Below are positions 49,425-61,906 of a stretch of DNA of 64,000 bases, one piece after another (within the stretch, counting starts at the first letter, position 1; each line of letters starts with the position of its first letter). This DNA comes from an uncultured Nitrososphaeraceae archaeon (GTDB lineage: Archaea > Thermoproteota > Nitrososphaeria > Nitrososphaerales > Nitrososphaeraceae): NCBI GenBank assembly GCA_963729045.1, contig CAVSMN010000020.1, positions 1-64,000 on the forward strand, in the 5' to 3' direction. The position numbers and the translations under genes are program-made. Below the pieces are notes generated by a model. The model was not told where the DNA came from and did no database searches. It saw only the letters and a program-made list of their open reading frames with translations.

Positions 49425-49694
49425 CTATTGTCTCTCTATTATCTCTAAATCAGCAATACCACGATGAGTTATTTGAAACTCATTTTGATCATTCATTTCT
49501 ATTAATCCATTATTTTGCAAGATTAGAATTGCTTGATTGAAATATGTATGAACTGCTCTGGTACTATCTTGCAATGTCTGTCTTGACACCCAAGGAGTTT
49601 GAACAATATGTTCACTATTCAATTTCCTCATGATTGCAATCGCTGTCCTTTTAAGATCATCATTGATACCACCTACATTTCCTAAAATAGACAT
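49425..49694 (-). CDS. Small winged-helix protein
   Basis: AILILQNNGLI…FQITHRGIADL. Confidence 0.65.
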   Translation of the reverse strand: MSILGNVGGINDDLKRTAIAIMRKLNSEHIVQTPWVSRQTLQDSTRAVHTYFNQAILILQNNGLIEMNDQNEFQITHRGIADLEIIERQ

Positions 49695-50232
49695 ACAGTC
49701 TGTATAAATATCGACCTTATAACCTTAGCTTCAAGAAAACACCAATGGTTGCTCATTTGTGTTGTGTGTGTGCTAGTCTAAATAGGACCGAATCAAAATG
49801 GTGGAATACAGTACGAGAATTATAGTTATCAAGCCCAAGAGAATCAAAGAGTTCTAATAAATTCGGATCCACAGTAATCGAGTCCTGCTTTAGTGGATGA
49901 TAATACATCAGAAACCACCTAGCCCGTTATATACTACCATATCATTTTAAATGAGTCTTAAATGAATTCTCTATCAATAGGCAGCCAAAATTGGGATTTA
50001 ATCTTATCCTGATTTTGCCTAGAATTTCATATTGCATAATTTTTAGTGTTCAACTATAGATAGCAAATAATAAATCAATTAAGATATAAATTAGATGGTA
50101 AATTGACAGAAAGCAAAGAGAGGCACTTGTCTTGGCATTAGCTGAAAAGGGGAAAAATTGTAGAGAAATCACGAAAGAGTTATTGGGGTTTCCAAACACA
50201 ATCAAGACAGTCACTGGAACGTGTAGTTTACC

Positions 50233-51521
50233 ATGACAGTAGAACCAGACGTTCCTTCGAAGATCGGCTTTATCAATATTGATGATCCTTGCAGCACTAT
50301 TCGGCGCCTTATCTTCCCTGCTTACCGTGGGTTATATCACCCTCTATAATCAAGGCATCAAGATCTTTGAGCAAGTAAGCCTCATGGTGCTTAATATCAA
50401 CATATGGCCACTCGTCTTACTCACTAGTGCGGGGGTATTAATCGGCCTAGTTATCAAATTTTTTGGTCAGAATGGGGGACTTGGAATTGCCCAGAGCCAG
50501 TATGCCCAAACTGGCCGAATCAATCCTCGCAAAGTGCCGAGCATTATGCTTCAAGCATTCATATCTCTATGGAGTGGTGCTCCCGTTGGTCCTGAAGGGC
50601 CTCTAACTTTTCTGACTGGAGGCTTTGGAACCTATCTTTCAGAACGACTCAGGCGCAATAAGGATGATGTTCAGATACTTGTTTACAGTTCCATAGCTGG
50701 AGCTTTTGGCGGCTTCTTTGGTTCACCAGTTATTGGAGCTGTTGGAGCCATCGAGTACATGTTCATTAAAGAGCTGGATCTCTATCGTCATTTGATTCCA
50801 GGCCTATTGGCTGCTGCTGTTGGATACGGCGTCTACTCCGCAATATTGCAGGATTCATTTCTTGGAATTTACAGCTTCCCTGACTATGCTTCACCACGCC
50901 TTGTTGACTTGTGGTGGGCTTTGCTTGTTGGAATAATTGCGTGGGTTTGTCGGGATCATGTTCAAATTAATGTTCGGTATCGTTCACCGTGTCTTTGCCC
51001 CCCTTGCCAATAGACCGGTTAGCCGTGCGGTCATAGGTGGTATAATCATAGGCCTCATCGGAACGTTCCTCCCACTGACTCTGTACTCTGGTCAAAATCA
51101 ACTACTGCAAATTATCCATAACCCTGCCGCCTTTGGCATAGGAATTTTGCTTATTATGGTTGTTGTTAAAGCCCTCCTAACAAGCACATCATTTGCCACA
51201 GGATTTGATGGTGGACCCATATTTCCGTTACTTTTCATAGGTGGAGCGTTAGGGCTTGCGATTTCTAAGGGCCTTACATTCATTCCAGAAGGTGTAGGAG
51301 TGACCGTGGGGATGGCAGCGGTTGCGTGTGCTGTTTTCCCGCTTCCTTTGACGATAGCTCTCTTACTAGGGTTTATGGGAGGACAGACAGATCTTTTGCC
51401 AGTGATTGTTATTGGGGCAGTCATCGGTTTCGTGATATCAAAAGCGATCACTCCCCTCCTTCCGAAACCTCATTCACAGCCGACTGGTAACGAAGGAGAT
51501 AAGCAGCAAGCATCAAAATAA
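50233..51521 (+). CDS. ClC chloride channel family protein (YfeO-like), frameshifted
   Basis: GAPVGPEGP, AGAFGGFFGSP and GFDGGPIFP motifs; GC higher than flanks. Confidence 0.85.
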
Positions 51522-52090
51522 TTTTGTCTCTGTCGGCAACGAATCAAAATAGTCACATCTTATAGAGGTTAAAAGAAACAATAGACATTTTTGTTTATAT
51601 GGTAAAACACAATAGCTAGCAATAGTAACAACGGTGACATCATAGTCTTTTTCTGTCTGTTGAGTTTATCAATGCAAAATCAGTGGTACTATTGGTGTTT
51701 TCATTCACCATCCCAATAATCTTCAACATAGGAATAGGAACAGATTGAAGGATATTCGATAGGAAGGACATGAATTTATTAAGTTGTCATTCAATAAATT
51801 CCTGAAAGACATCACCATGGATTGCAAAGAAAGAACTCCATTTATTTCCAAATATTATTATTATTTGAATTTAAAAATAGTGAGGCACAATGTCTATCAT
51901 ATGTATACTTTACATATGATGGGGACATTTGTAAGAGGGGTTCATATACACTGTCATAAATGGAAGCCAAATGGAATTTAAGATTGACCCCTGAGGCTAA
52001 ATCTTTCTAACCCTTTCAATCATATTTAGTTTATCCTGTAAATGATAATTTTCTATAAATTAGACTGTTATGTTTTTATAAATTTCGTTC

Positions 52091-52135
52091 TGACATTTCG
52101 ACTCGTAATATTATTTACTGCTAAACTCACCAGCA
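52091..52135 (+). repeat. Degenerate att-like repeat, arm family C
   Basis: tgacatttcgactcgtaatattatttactgctaaactcaccagca. Confidence 0.65.
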
Positions 52136-52205
52136 TCGTCAACTATCTTAGTAACATCGTTTAATAAGATTGAAAGGATAGTATTTTCCTGAATTTGACT
52201 CTTAT

Positions 52206-52754
52206 TTATTTCAATTTTGCGCTTACCTTAATTATGTGACTCATACTGTAAATAGCAGGACATCTCTCTTCAGCCATAATAATCAGTTCTCGAATTTTTT
52301 GGTCATTTGTAGTATTATCCCCTTCGTGCTCATTTTTACCAATATCAATTTCAAAATTTATCCCTTCTGTAATAGGTTCATCTGAAATATCAAATGTCTT
52401 GGCAAAATTAACGTTACATTCTGCATTTATTCGTAGTTTATTGAGTTTGATTCCATGGCTTGATAAAATACTTACTAATGTGGTAATAAAACAAGAGGTT
52501 ATTCCTACCACACAATATCCCATAGGTCCTAATCTGTTACCACTACCTCCTAAGAATGACGGCGAATCTATTTCAATCACTTCTTTGCCTTTCTCATATG
52601 CTAGTTCTGTTTTGAATTGGTATCCTTTTTGAATATCAAAATTCCATTCCCCTTCCAATCTTATTGGTTTCTTTAAAAATTGTGGGTCTTTATGTCCACT
52701 TTCTATGGTTTTTTGTATTTTGTCAAGGTCGATATTATTCATTATATTTGACAT
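52206..52754 (-). CDS. OsmC family protein
   Basis: DSPSFLGGSGNRLGPMGYC…SCF…AEERCPAIY. Confidence 0.85.
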   Translation of the reverse strand: MSNIMNNIDLDKIQKTIESGHKDPQFLKKPIRLEGEWNFDIQKGYQFKTELAYEKGKEVIEIDSPSFLGGSGNRLGPMGYCVVGITSCFITTLVSILSSHGIKLNKLRINAECNVNFAKTFDISDEPITEGINFEIDIGKNEHEGDNTTNDQKIRELIIMAEERCPAIYSMSHIIKVSAKLK

Positions 52755-53067
52755 GGTAGTGTTATATTCTTACAATTATTATTTAATGAAATCTATCTTT
52801 AACTATCCTTTTGAATAAATCAGTGCTGCCTTTCACGATTATTTGGCTCTGTTGTGATTCTATCACTAATTGAACTAAAGAATATTCAAAAAAAACTATA
52901 ACCATGGATTTAAATGAATTAAATCAAAGTGGATCGTGCAACAGAGCGGTGCATCTTATATAATTTGTTCTTTCTCATGACTTATGCAGAGTGAAAAGGA
53001 CGATATGTCAACTAGAAGTATTTATTATGGAATATTATTTTTTCTGTGGCAAGAAGGAGAGAAACAA

Positions 53068-53972
53068 TGACTGATCACAAGATCGGAACACGAGAAGAGT
53101 GGCTCGCCGACCGGCTGGAGCTACTCAAAGCCGAGAAGGAGCTAACCCGGCGTAGCGACGAACTGGCCCAATGGCGGCAGAAGCTACCGTGGGTTCGAAT
53201 TGACAAAAAGTACCTTTTCGAGACTGATGATGGCACGATGTCTCTAGCCGATCTATTCAGAGGACGCTCGCAGCTTCTCGTTTATCACTTCATGTTTGGC
53301 CCCGACTATACGGGTGGCTGCCCCGCATGCTCTGCCATCGCGGACGGCTTCAACGGATATGCCGTGCATCTAGAACACCACGATGTAGCAATGATCGCTG
53401 TCTCACGTGCCCCCATCGCTGCGCTTCAGGCCTATAAGCGCCGTATGGGCTGGACGTTTACTTGGGCGTCATCTCTGGACAGCGACTTTAACTACGACTT
53501 CAATACATCTTTCACAGAGGAGCAACAACTCTCCGGTAGTGTAGATTACAACTACCGCGCGCTCAGCGCGATCCCAGACTCTGAGGCAGGTTCAAATAAG
53601 TTCGCTGCCATGAGTGGCACTGACGTCCTAACCTACACTCGCGAGGCACCGGGTATGAGCGCGTTTGCATTTTCTGATGGTGTTGTCTACCACACCTACT
53701 CCGCCTATGCGCGAGGCCTTGATGCGCTATGGGGGATGTATCAGTGGCTCGACCGGGCGCCGAAGGGGCGCAACGAAACGGGACTGTGGTTTCGTCGACA
53801 CGATGAGTACCAGACATGCGAAACGAACCATCTTAATGATGATAATCAGGCAGGGCCGATGATGGACAGGGTAGTGAATTTAAGTTGCGACAGTGTTGTG
53901 GTTAGAGCCAAACTATCTTGCCTTGTGATAGCAGAGTGCATGTCTATATGCAACAACATTGCACAAGTATAA
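53068..53972 (+). CDS. DUF899 thioredoxin-like protein (bacterial-type, high GC)
   Basis: REEWL..RLELL..EKELTR…LFRGRSQLLVYHFMFGP…GCPACS…HTYS.YARG…LDRAPKGRNE…RHDEY. Confidence 0.9.
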
Positions 53973-54309
53973 TCTGGCAATGCTTTTCCTTTTACCATGC
54001 GTGCTAATGCAGCATACTTCTTTTGATCGTTAGTGGGTTTACTCTTTTCATTAAAAGTAAAAAGGGCCATTACGATAAGCCTTTGGATTGTGTTTCTCTG
54101 TGATATGAACGAATCTACAGAAAGATGAATAAGATCTATCGAACCATCGAGAATCATTTTTAATCAAATGCTATTCTGCAAAATAAATAGGAGCATCATT
54201 AATTGAAGAATCACATTATATTATAAAGTGTAAAATAAAGAAAAGGAAAATCTCAGGAACATCTTTATTTATTGATGAAACCGGAGGTCGTAAGCTGTTA
54301 GTGATTAGA

Positions 54310-54633
54310 TTATCTGGCGGATGTATTTGTATTAGAGTTTGTATTATTGGAGTAAGTAGGTGTATTTTCAGATGGTGGCCTAACATTCTCAGTATTGGTA
54401 ACATTGTATACCGGATTAGTAGGGGTGTTCGAGAAACAGTTAGATCTGGATACATTTATTCCCGTATCCGGAGTACACTTTGCTTGAAGAGTCTGGGCGG
54501 TTACATTACTATAGGTCAAATTAAAAGACGAAATCCCTAAAAATCCTGTAACTATAATTACCAGAACCAATTTTATGGATATTTTATGAAAATGTATGTA
54601 ATGCAGTTCTGATTTGATATTTGAATTCCTCAT
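54310..54633 (-). CDS. Secreted Asn/Thr/Pro-rich hypothetical protein
   Basis: TM segment followed by a low-complexity tail. Confidence 0.45.
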   Translation of the reverse strand: MRNSNIKSELHYIHFHKISIKLVLVIIVTGFLGISSFNLTYSNVTAQTLQAKCTPDTGINVSRSNCFSNTPTNPVYNVTNTENVRPPSENTPTYSNNTNSNTNTSAR

Positions 54634-54976
54634 TTATGGCTTTAGTATAGTATAGTATTTAACATTCAGTATTAGACTAATTAATTAAAAGTCAACTTAA
54701 AATAAATGTGGGTAGTATGGTATATACTACTTATGAATATTGGACTAGTATTAACAACGTGTTTGCAGCCTGGGCAGTTATTCCAGCAGTTTATATCATG
54801 AAATAACATGATAGGTGTTCTTTTATCTTTCAAGTTGATTACTATTTAATGAATTATAAAACGAGTAAACAACGATACCGTTATTATTATTAGATATTAC
54901 TAAATTTCCTAATCACTAGTTTTACTATTTGTCACTTAACCTAGACTTTGGTAAAACTAGATATAAAAAAAGGAAG

Positions 54977-55636
54977 TTATGTGTCGGTTCCATTTAGCGC
55001 TTGAGCAATTTCGTGTTGGGATGTATAGGGTTCTGGGAATCCGATTCTATCGTCTGGACATTCTAGTCCACCAATCAAAGCCATTCTCTCAACTCCATTG
55101 GAGATTTTTACAGTAGAGTTATCTGGAGGAACATCCTCACCTAAAATTGGATTACAACTAACTGTGTTATCGAAACTTGTTCCGTTTATGTCTCCATATA
55201 CTCTAAAACTAAATGTTGTTGGAATGGTAGGATAAAATGTCTCTGATTCATATACACCCAGTTCTCCAAATGCTGGATCTAGGTTTGATGATAAGGTTTT
55301 ATTTCCAGCCATTATGTCTACCTTTAATGAATTTTCAAGTCCTGTAATTGGTTGTGTACCATTTGCTTCTGCATTAGTTGGATCTGTCATATTTGGTGAG
55401 ACAACTGTTAATACTACGTTCGTCTTGTCATCAACAGCGACCGGTTCATTTGCCCATTCCACCTCCATAAGATAGTCTTTTCCATTTATAGAGTACAGAG
55501 ATATCTGATGTGCAAAGGAGGATTGTAAAGTCGGCAAAACTAGTAAAAGTGTTGAAATTCCAAAACAAAGGACCAGATTCCTGAGAATTTTATTGGTCAA
55601 TGTTACCTTTAATATGTTAAAAGAGTATATAACCAA
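54977..55636 (-). CDS. Secreted hypothetical protein (thaumarchaeal family)
   Basis: Signal ending SFA-H; W.NEP, ITGLENSLKV and FYPTIPT motifs. Confidence 0.75.
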   Translation of the reverse strand: MVIYSFNILKVTLTNKILRNLVLCFGISTLLLVLPTLQSSFAHQISLYSINGKDYLMEVEWANEPVAVDDKTNVVLTVVSPNMTDPTNAEANGTQPITGLENSLKVDIMAGNKTLSSNLDPAFGELGVYESETFYPTIPTTFSFRVYGDINGTSFDNTVSCNPILGEDVPPDNSTVKISNGVERMALIGGLECPDDRIGFPEPYTSQHEIAQALNGTDT

Positions 55637-55854
55637 TCTTGTTCAATCATCGAAGTAAATAAATGGGGACAAAAAATAGAATTGCTTTTTTTATCCTTCA
55701 TCAAAATGGAGAATTGGATTTGAACCTAATACAACCACGCGTATTAGCGGATTTATATTCATAACTAGAATTACATTCTAGGTAACATATAAACTGGTCT
55801 TCTTACTTGTATTGGGCTACAAATATTTTCTCACACATTTCATTTTGTCAGTAT

Positions 55855-56496
55855 CTACGCAGTCTTTCTTCCAAAATATTTGTCTGGTATAATCTCGGGT
55901 ATCAAAACTAGTAATAAAAGAAACAGACTAGCAGGCAAGTATATAAATGAAAATCCTATAGCTACCGAGTACGTTAATATCGTGGCTACTACACGTCTAC
56001 TGGAGCTTTTCTCAATCAAAGCCTGTACCGACTTGTCAACTAATTCGGGGTGATGTTTGACATAGTAGTATATTGCATATATTAGTAAACCTGCAAGAAT
56101 TGCATTGAATGAAAATGCGAAGATCGAATTTTGACTATCCATATACTGTGTAAGCAAAGTAGTCGAGAAAGGTATTAATCCAATAATCATTAGAAAAGAG
56201 ATGTTAATCCAGATCAAAGGGCGATCTACAGAAAGTATCCAGCGGAAAATTCTATGATGTGCAACCCAAAAAGCACCAAGTGTTGAAAAGCTAATCACGT
56301 AAGCTAGGAAATCAGGCCATAAATCAACAAATTTAGCAGAAAGTCTATCTGATGCGTACTCTCCCCCTTCAAATAAAATGAGTTCCGGGACGCTGATGTT
56401 GAACACCAATATTGTCATAATTATTGCAAATACTCCATCAGTAAGAGATACAAGTCGTCCCTTGTCAAAATCTAAAGTCTTTTTTTCAAAACCCAT
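55855..56496 (-). CDS. TMEM175 family potassium channel
   Basis: RLVSLTDGVFAIIMTILV, AYVISF…FWVAHHRIF and LIPFST. Confidence 0.9.
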   Translation of the reverse strand: MGFEKKTLDFDKGRLVSLTDGVFAIIMTILVFNISVPELILFEGGEYASDRLSAKFVDLWPDFLAYVISFSTLGAFWVAHHRIFRWILSVDRPLIWINISFLMIIGLIPFSTTLLTQYMDSQNSIFAFSFNAILAGLLIYAIYYYVKHHPELVDKSVQALIEKSSSRRVVATILTYSVAIGFSFIYLPASLFLLLLVLIPEIIPDKYFGRKTA

Positions 56497-57177
56497 TCTA
56501 AATCAATCATGTAATAGCAAAGAAAAGTATGATAAGTGAGAGTAAAATTCTGAATCAAAATAAGAGCGCATGCGAATATATAGGTAAAGTCATACTTATT
56601 AATAAATTAGTAGTCATAACATGATAGTTAGAAAGCAAGATTTGATACTAACGTCCACAATCTGACCTAAAGTAGCCTGTAGTTTAGCCTACAGATGTAT
56701 ACATTCCCATCAAAGATTAGTTTCAATATGTCAATCAACTAATCCGTGTTCAACCATACATTAATATTTTCAGTAGTAAAGTTATCATCAATTAGTGTTC
56801 TTTGAACCGACCAATTATGCCCTTCATTAAATGGACTTGGTTACACTATGTGGATATATCATATAATTAGAGGTTATTATTAATTGGCCTTATTCATTTA
56901 ACTATAAATATATCATTAGATGATGCCTATCTCTTTTATGAATACAAGAAACGGAATACCTTCAAAGTATGTATGAAATCAAAATTGCTAGAGTGGTAAC
57001 ATTTAAACTAGAACCTCAAATTGATTCACAAAACAACGTTGAAACAGCATTACTTTTGAAAAATCATTTTTTTATTATGTGGTCAAACAATACTGTTTAA
57101 TAAGTTCTGAAAATCCAAAACAGAAAAAAATAGAGAATTGAAAAATGTTTGTGGCTACTAACTGAGTAGTTACTAGC

Positions 57178-57381
57178 CTACATAGGTGCTGTTGAGTTAT
57201 CTGTACCAGTAACATTTCCATCTGTTGCGGTCATGTTTGATGACATTGGATCTGTTGTAGAACCCATTTCACTATCTGGCGTAGTTGGAGCTTGGGCTAT
57301 TGCTGCTGATGTAAAAGTGCCCGCCATTAAAGAAGCTGTTGCAAGAATACTTGCGATTGCAAATAAGTAGATTTTATTCAT
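57178..57381 (-). CDS. Small secreted Thr/Met/Asn-rich protein
   Basis: Signal peptide ending AIA-Q; low-complexity tail. Confidence 0.65.
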   Translation of the reverse strand: MNKIYLFAIASILATASLMAGTFTSAAIAQAPTTPDSEMGSTTDPMSSNMTATDGNVTGTDNSTAPM

Positions 57382-58135
57382 GCGATTTTACTGTATAATT
57401 TATATCATATATTTATTATCTAAAATGATACTATATTTTTATGATGTTACTTCTTATATAGTATGTTTGAATAGATAGAGATTTCAGAAAATAGATTGAT
57501 AGGAATATTATGAAGAACGATTGTGAATTATATCTGTTAATTGAATTTAATGTGTCCGTTGCGAATGCGAATGTTTATTACTAATAATTGGTTCTGTTGA
57601 TATAATAGTTATTTACATATCTTTTATCAACTATCCAAGAACCATACATTACTACGATACTAGCATTTGCTATTCGTTAAATTAATTATATATTAAAATG
57701 AAACCTTGTTCTTATGTCACAATATCTAATAAATGATAAGTATTACTGCTAATGATTTATTGATGGGAGTTAAAAATAAGCATTAAATATTAATAATATA
57801 AATTATAATATGTCAAAAGTTGTTCGTTCTAAACGCATCCAAATTAAAATGATATACAAGAGTGCATAGTCAAAAGGTAATCATCTAATGTTCGTTTCGA
57901 TGGCCACGACAAACTTATACTCAAGTATTTCAATTTACCTAATAGATTAACATTTCTAATATCAGAAACTTATTTAATTAAAAACAAGATATAAAATGAG
58001 ATGATATAGATTAAATATAAAATAACAATAAATAAGTAATAGTATGAAGCAAAAGTTACTTTTAAATTCCAATTAGAATAGTTTTATTATTGACTTTACT
58101 AAAGACATTTAGTAATGTGAATGAATGTATGATTC

Positions 58136-58876
58136 TTAAACAAACCATTTCGACCAAAAGGTATTATCATCAGGAGACGAGTCAATTAGATAATCTGGCT
58201 GCTTATCAAGAAAAGTATCATTTACTCTAATCATAACTGCTGTTGTGTAATTGAAATCGAGGATACCGCCTATGAAATTAGGATCGATTGTAATCTCCAC
58301 TTTATTATCAGTCATTTTGTCTATTCTTGATAAGGGAAATGAATATTCGTTATTGATATTATCATAGATTGCCAAATACCATCCTTTAATTCTAAAATTA
58401 GATTCGCTGCCAAAGTTAGGGATAATTATGGTAAAGACCTTATTCTGGTTATTTACTGGATCAAGATGACTTATTAGCCAAAGATATGTTGATTCATACT
58501 TTTTATTCTGATTTGGATCATCATCCAGATTAATGGTGAAAACCAAATCATTGTTATACATCTTGCTAATCTGGGTGGAAACAATGTCATAAAATCCATG
58601 GATTTCAGGCATTTGAGTAGTCTTATCAAGAGTAATGAGATGAGTATCATATTTGGCATCTACAGTGTTACCGATTAGGACTTTGGTCAAATTTTTTGAA
58701 TTGATTAGGAACGGCAAGCCGCTATTATCATTATCATTATCATTATTATTGCAATCAATACTGCAAATAGGGTTAGAATGTAATTTGGTGTTAGTGGTAA
58801 GAAGAAATGAGGTAAGAATTGATATTGAAAAAGAAATTATGGTGATTAAAGTGATTATTGATTGTTGACTTTTCAT
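58136..58876 (-). CDS. Secreted hypothetical protein
   Basis: Signal/TM; ND repeat; globular beta-rich remainder. Confidence 0.7.
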   Translation of the reverse strand: MKSQQSIITLITIISFSISILTSFLLTTNTKLHSNPICSIDCNNNDNDNDNSGLPFLINSKNLTKVLIGNTVDAKYDTHLITLDKTTQMPEIHGFYDIVSTQISKMYNNDLVFTINLDDDPNQNKKYESTYLWLISHLDPVNNQNKVFTIIIPNFGSESNFRIKGWYLAIYDNINNEYSFPLSRIDKMTDNKVEITIDPNFIGGILDFNYTTAVMIRVNDTFLDKQPDYLIDSSPDDNTFWSKWFV

Positions 58877-59060
58877 AGTACAGATAATAATTTAGCATTG
58901 AAGATCGAGATTAAGATTTTCCCTGATAACAAATTGCGATAAATACCTCAACGAATTATTGCCATAAGTAAATTCAGATCCGTGATTTCGATGTCATATA
59001 CATCAAAAGGAATTTCTTTAAGATCAGGTTTCATCGAAAAATTGAATTCGGAATATATCA

Positions 59061-59795
59061 CTAATCACTATCACTTATTATCTTTAACAATAATCTAGAT
59101 AGTTCTTCTGGTGCCGTAATCATAGAATCATGACCTCTTCGAAGTTCAAAATAACCCCAGCTATCTGTTTCTTTTGACCTCATACTATGAAACATAGAAT
59201 CTCCGAAATCAGTACATGTGATGTAAGTTCTTGATAACCTCTTGGATTTGATTTCTTGGATCGATAACGCCTCATCATGAGTATGGAAAGGCATTGGACA
59301 TAAACGACTTTTCATCCAATTAATATCATCTTTATTAGTAACTCCAAATTCCTCCGGTGTGTAGGAGAGTACAAGCCAATCTTTACCTTCTTCTTTTAAT
59401 CTTCTTTGCTCATAAATATCTCTTAAACCAGGTATTAGATCAAATCCACTCTTACCATCTTGTGGAATATATGCGTCAAGAAAAATCATGGATTTGATTC
59501 TATCAGGGATTTTCTCTGCTACGCCGCCAATGACCATCCCTCCATAGCTGTGACCCACCAAGACAACATCACAAAGATCTTGATACTCAAATACTTGAAC
59601 TATGTCATTAATATGGGTAGATAAATTAATAGATTCATATAATATATGACTTCTTTCGCCTAAACCGGTAAGTGTAGGAGTATAGATTTCATGATCGTAT
59701 ACCTTTAGAAAAGGTTTCATCTTATTCCAACACCATCCTCCATGACAAGAACCATGGACTAAAACAAGTGATTTATCAATGGAATACGTTGACAA
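59061..59795 (-). CDS. Alpha/beta hydrolase (methylesterase/salicylate esterase-like)
   Basis: LVHGSCHGGWCW, PTLTGLGER, LVGHSYGG and GHDSMIT. Confidence 0.9.
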   Translation of the reverse strand: MSTYSIDKSLVLVHGSCHGGWCWNKMKPFLKVYDHEIYTPTLTGLGERSHILYESINLSTHINDIVQVFEYQDLCDVVLVGHSYGGMVIGGVAEKIPDRIKSMIFLDAYIPQDGKSGFDLIPGLRDIYEQRRLKEEGKDWLVLSYTPEEFGVTNKDDINWMKSRLCPMPFHTHDEALSIQEIKSKRLSRTYITCTDFGDSMFHSMRSKETDSWGYFELRRGHDSMITAPEELSRLLLKIISDSD

Positions 59796-59924
59796 TGCTT
59801 TATTATTATTGTATAAATATTTAAGAATAATTAGTATTATGGTTATTGGTAATCTAATTAGAAATAGTACGATATCATGCGATTTCTACATTAATGAATT
59901 TTCAAATACAGGCATGATAATGGC

Positions 59925-59960
59925 AGAATCCACATTAAAGGACCGATATTGTCTTGAAGG
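59925..59960 (+). repeat. Truncated att-like repeat, arm family B
   Basis: agaatccacattaaaggaccgatattgtcttgaagg. Confidence 0.75.
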
Positions 59961-60117
59961 CAATTGTTAAGGATGAGGAGCTAATCCATTATAGATGATA
60001 AAGACAGATCATAATAAAATTTGTACGATGTTGCAACTACAATTTTTCAACTAAAATTTTACTTCTATCAAGTTAACCTTTGAATACAATAGTTTTTGAG
60101 AGGATTCATTGATTCAA

Positions 60118-60441
60118 TCATTTGTCCATACAGGTAGGCAAACTTCCACCATGACTTTCACGGTATTCCTTTAGCAATTGATCCTTTACATGTAGGGCGT
60201 TTTCCGTAATCAAATAACTAAATCTCCTTGCTTTGCTTATGCAAGGATCTGATAACGATTCTAAAAGAGATTGTTTTAGGTTGGTACTACTTCCAATAAA
60301 TAGAATTTTCATGTTTGCATGAACCTTAAAGACTCCGGGTTTGTCAAGAGTAGTAGTTGCATCGATATTAGAGTGATCAAAATCTAACCATTCGGACCAA
60401 ACATCTCCTCCTTTTTCTTCTTTGTTGTTCATATTCTGCAA
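60118..60441 (-). CDS. Degenerate GIY-YIG-like small protein
   Basis: KPGVFKV…ILFIGSSTNL…LKEYRESHGGSLPTC. Confidence 0.6.
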   Translation of the reverse strand: MQNMNNKEEKGGDVWSEWLDFDHSNIDATTTLDKPGVFKVHANMKILFIGSSTNLKQSLLESLSDPCISKARRFSYLITENALHVKDQLLKEYRESHGGSLPTCMDK

Positions 60442-60957
60442 TTAACTTTAAATGAATACGTATAAAAAGAATTCAAGATTTAATGAAATGTCAAGTCAAG
60501 TTAAAATCTAATCCAAAACATAAACTTCTAATGAGGTTAACAAAAATGTTCTAAAGGCAACATAAACAAATCAATCGTTTGTAGTAGAAACGCAACGGAA
60601 ACCATCCGGCCAGTATCAAACTCGAATAGAAGATACGACTAGTTGATGATTTATAGAAATCTGTTATTTTAAATGAACCTCCTAATGGAACCCACAAGAG
60701 GGAAAGTTTGACCATTTTCCACTAATAACTATTATTGAAATATTAGTTAATCATAATCATAAAGTATCTTTTACAGCTTTAACAACATTAAATGATGAGG
60801 ATAAAGACACAAAAGTTCAAGACATGAAAGCACGTCCTCAAGATTCAACAATATTTATTTTGGTTAGTGCTTCATTCATTCATGTTAAAGAAATGATGTT
60901 AAATGAAGCCATAAAGAAGGAAGGAAATTTTATCTATAAGTATGCAAGTTATCTTTT

Positions 60958-61428
60958 ATGAAAATTATTAGTGCTACTTCCGAAATTCCTAGTATGACCA
61001 AAGAAGAAGCAGAGAAATTTCTTGAAAGTAAATTGAATTTGCAGTTGGCCACTATCGATGAACAAGGTGATCCAAATATCCAACCTGTCTGGTTTTACTA
61101 TGACAAAGATGGAGAAAAACTCTGGATAAACACTTCTAAATTTGCTAAGAAAACTCAAAATATTCTAAAGAAATCAACTATTTATTTTTCAATAGACGAT
61201 GAAAATCCCCCAGTTAGAGGAGTTAAAGGTAAGGGGGTTGCAACCATAATAGATGATTTAAAAACAGTCGTTCCACTAGGAGAAAGAATTAGTTTGAAAT
61301 ATCTTGGTACGCTAGATCATCCAATAGCAAAAATGATTGCCGAAGATTCAAAGAAGGGAGGAGTTGTACTTGTTGAAATTAGTCCAAAGTTCCTTTCTAC
61401 TTGGGATTATGGTAAAATGCAGTTTTGA
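60958..61428 (+). CDS. Pyridoxamine 5'-phosphate oxidase-like (F420/FMN-binding) protein
   Basis: MTKEE..FL…QLATIDEQGDP.IQPVWFYY…KK..NI…VRGVKGKG…STWDY. Confidence 0.9.
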   Translation: MKIISATSEIPSMTKEEAEKFLESKLNLQLATIDEQGDPNIQPVWFYYDKDGEKLWINTSKFAKKTQNILKKSTIYFSIDDENPPVRGVKGKGVATIIDDLKTVVPLGERISLKYLGTLDHPIAKMIAEDSKKGGVVLVEISPKFLSTWDYGKMQF

Positions 61429-61643
61429 CTTGCTTATGATTAGGTTTGTTCTCTCTTTTGTTTTGGTAATAAAATTCTAGATCAAATATGTCTATTAATG
61501 GATTATATTTGTTAAACTGATCTACCGATCTATAAATATCATCAATAACCGATTTTTGATTGACATTAAAATCCGGATAATTTAACTACTAATTCTTTTT
61601 GGGATAAACCTATCGAAAGATATGATATTAATCTTCTATATTC

Positions 61644-61706
61644 AAAATCCCCACGAGAGGACCGATATAGTCTTGAGGTCTACCGGTCCTACTATAATTT
61701 TACTAC
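61644..61706 (+). repeat. Degenerate att-like repeat, arm family B + downstream arm
   Basis: aaaatccccacgagaggaccgatatagtcttgaggtctaccggtcctactataattttactac. Confidence 0.7.
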
Positions 61707-61906
61707 ATAATAAAACCACATAGTACAGTTTAAACTATTAATTAGATTCTCAATAAAATACTTTGTACCATCTGAGTGTTCAGTAGTTAGAAGACAGACA
61801 GACAGATTAATAAAATTACATGCTGGATAAACATAAATTGTAATTGAGGATCGGTATAGAATTTGTAAAAAAATAAATAGGCTTATCTGGTCTATACAAG
61901 AGTATT

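Noticed and set aside
55707..55750. Minus-strand ggttcaaatcc T-loop-like motif
   Set aside because: Stems pair poorly and no cloverleaf forms; at most a decayed tRNA fragment unrelated to the main core.
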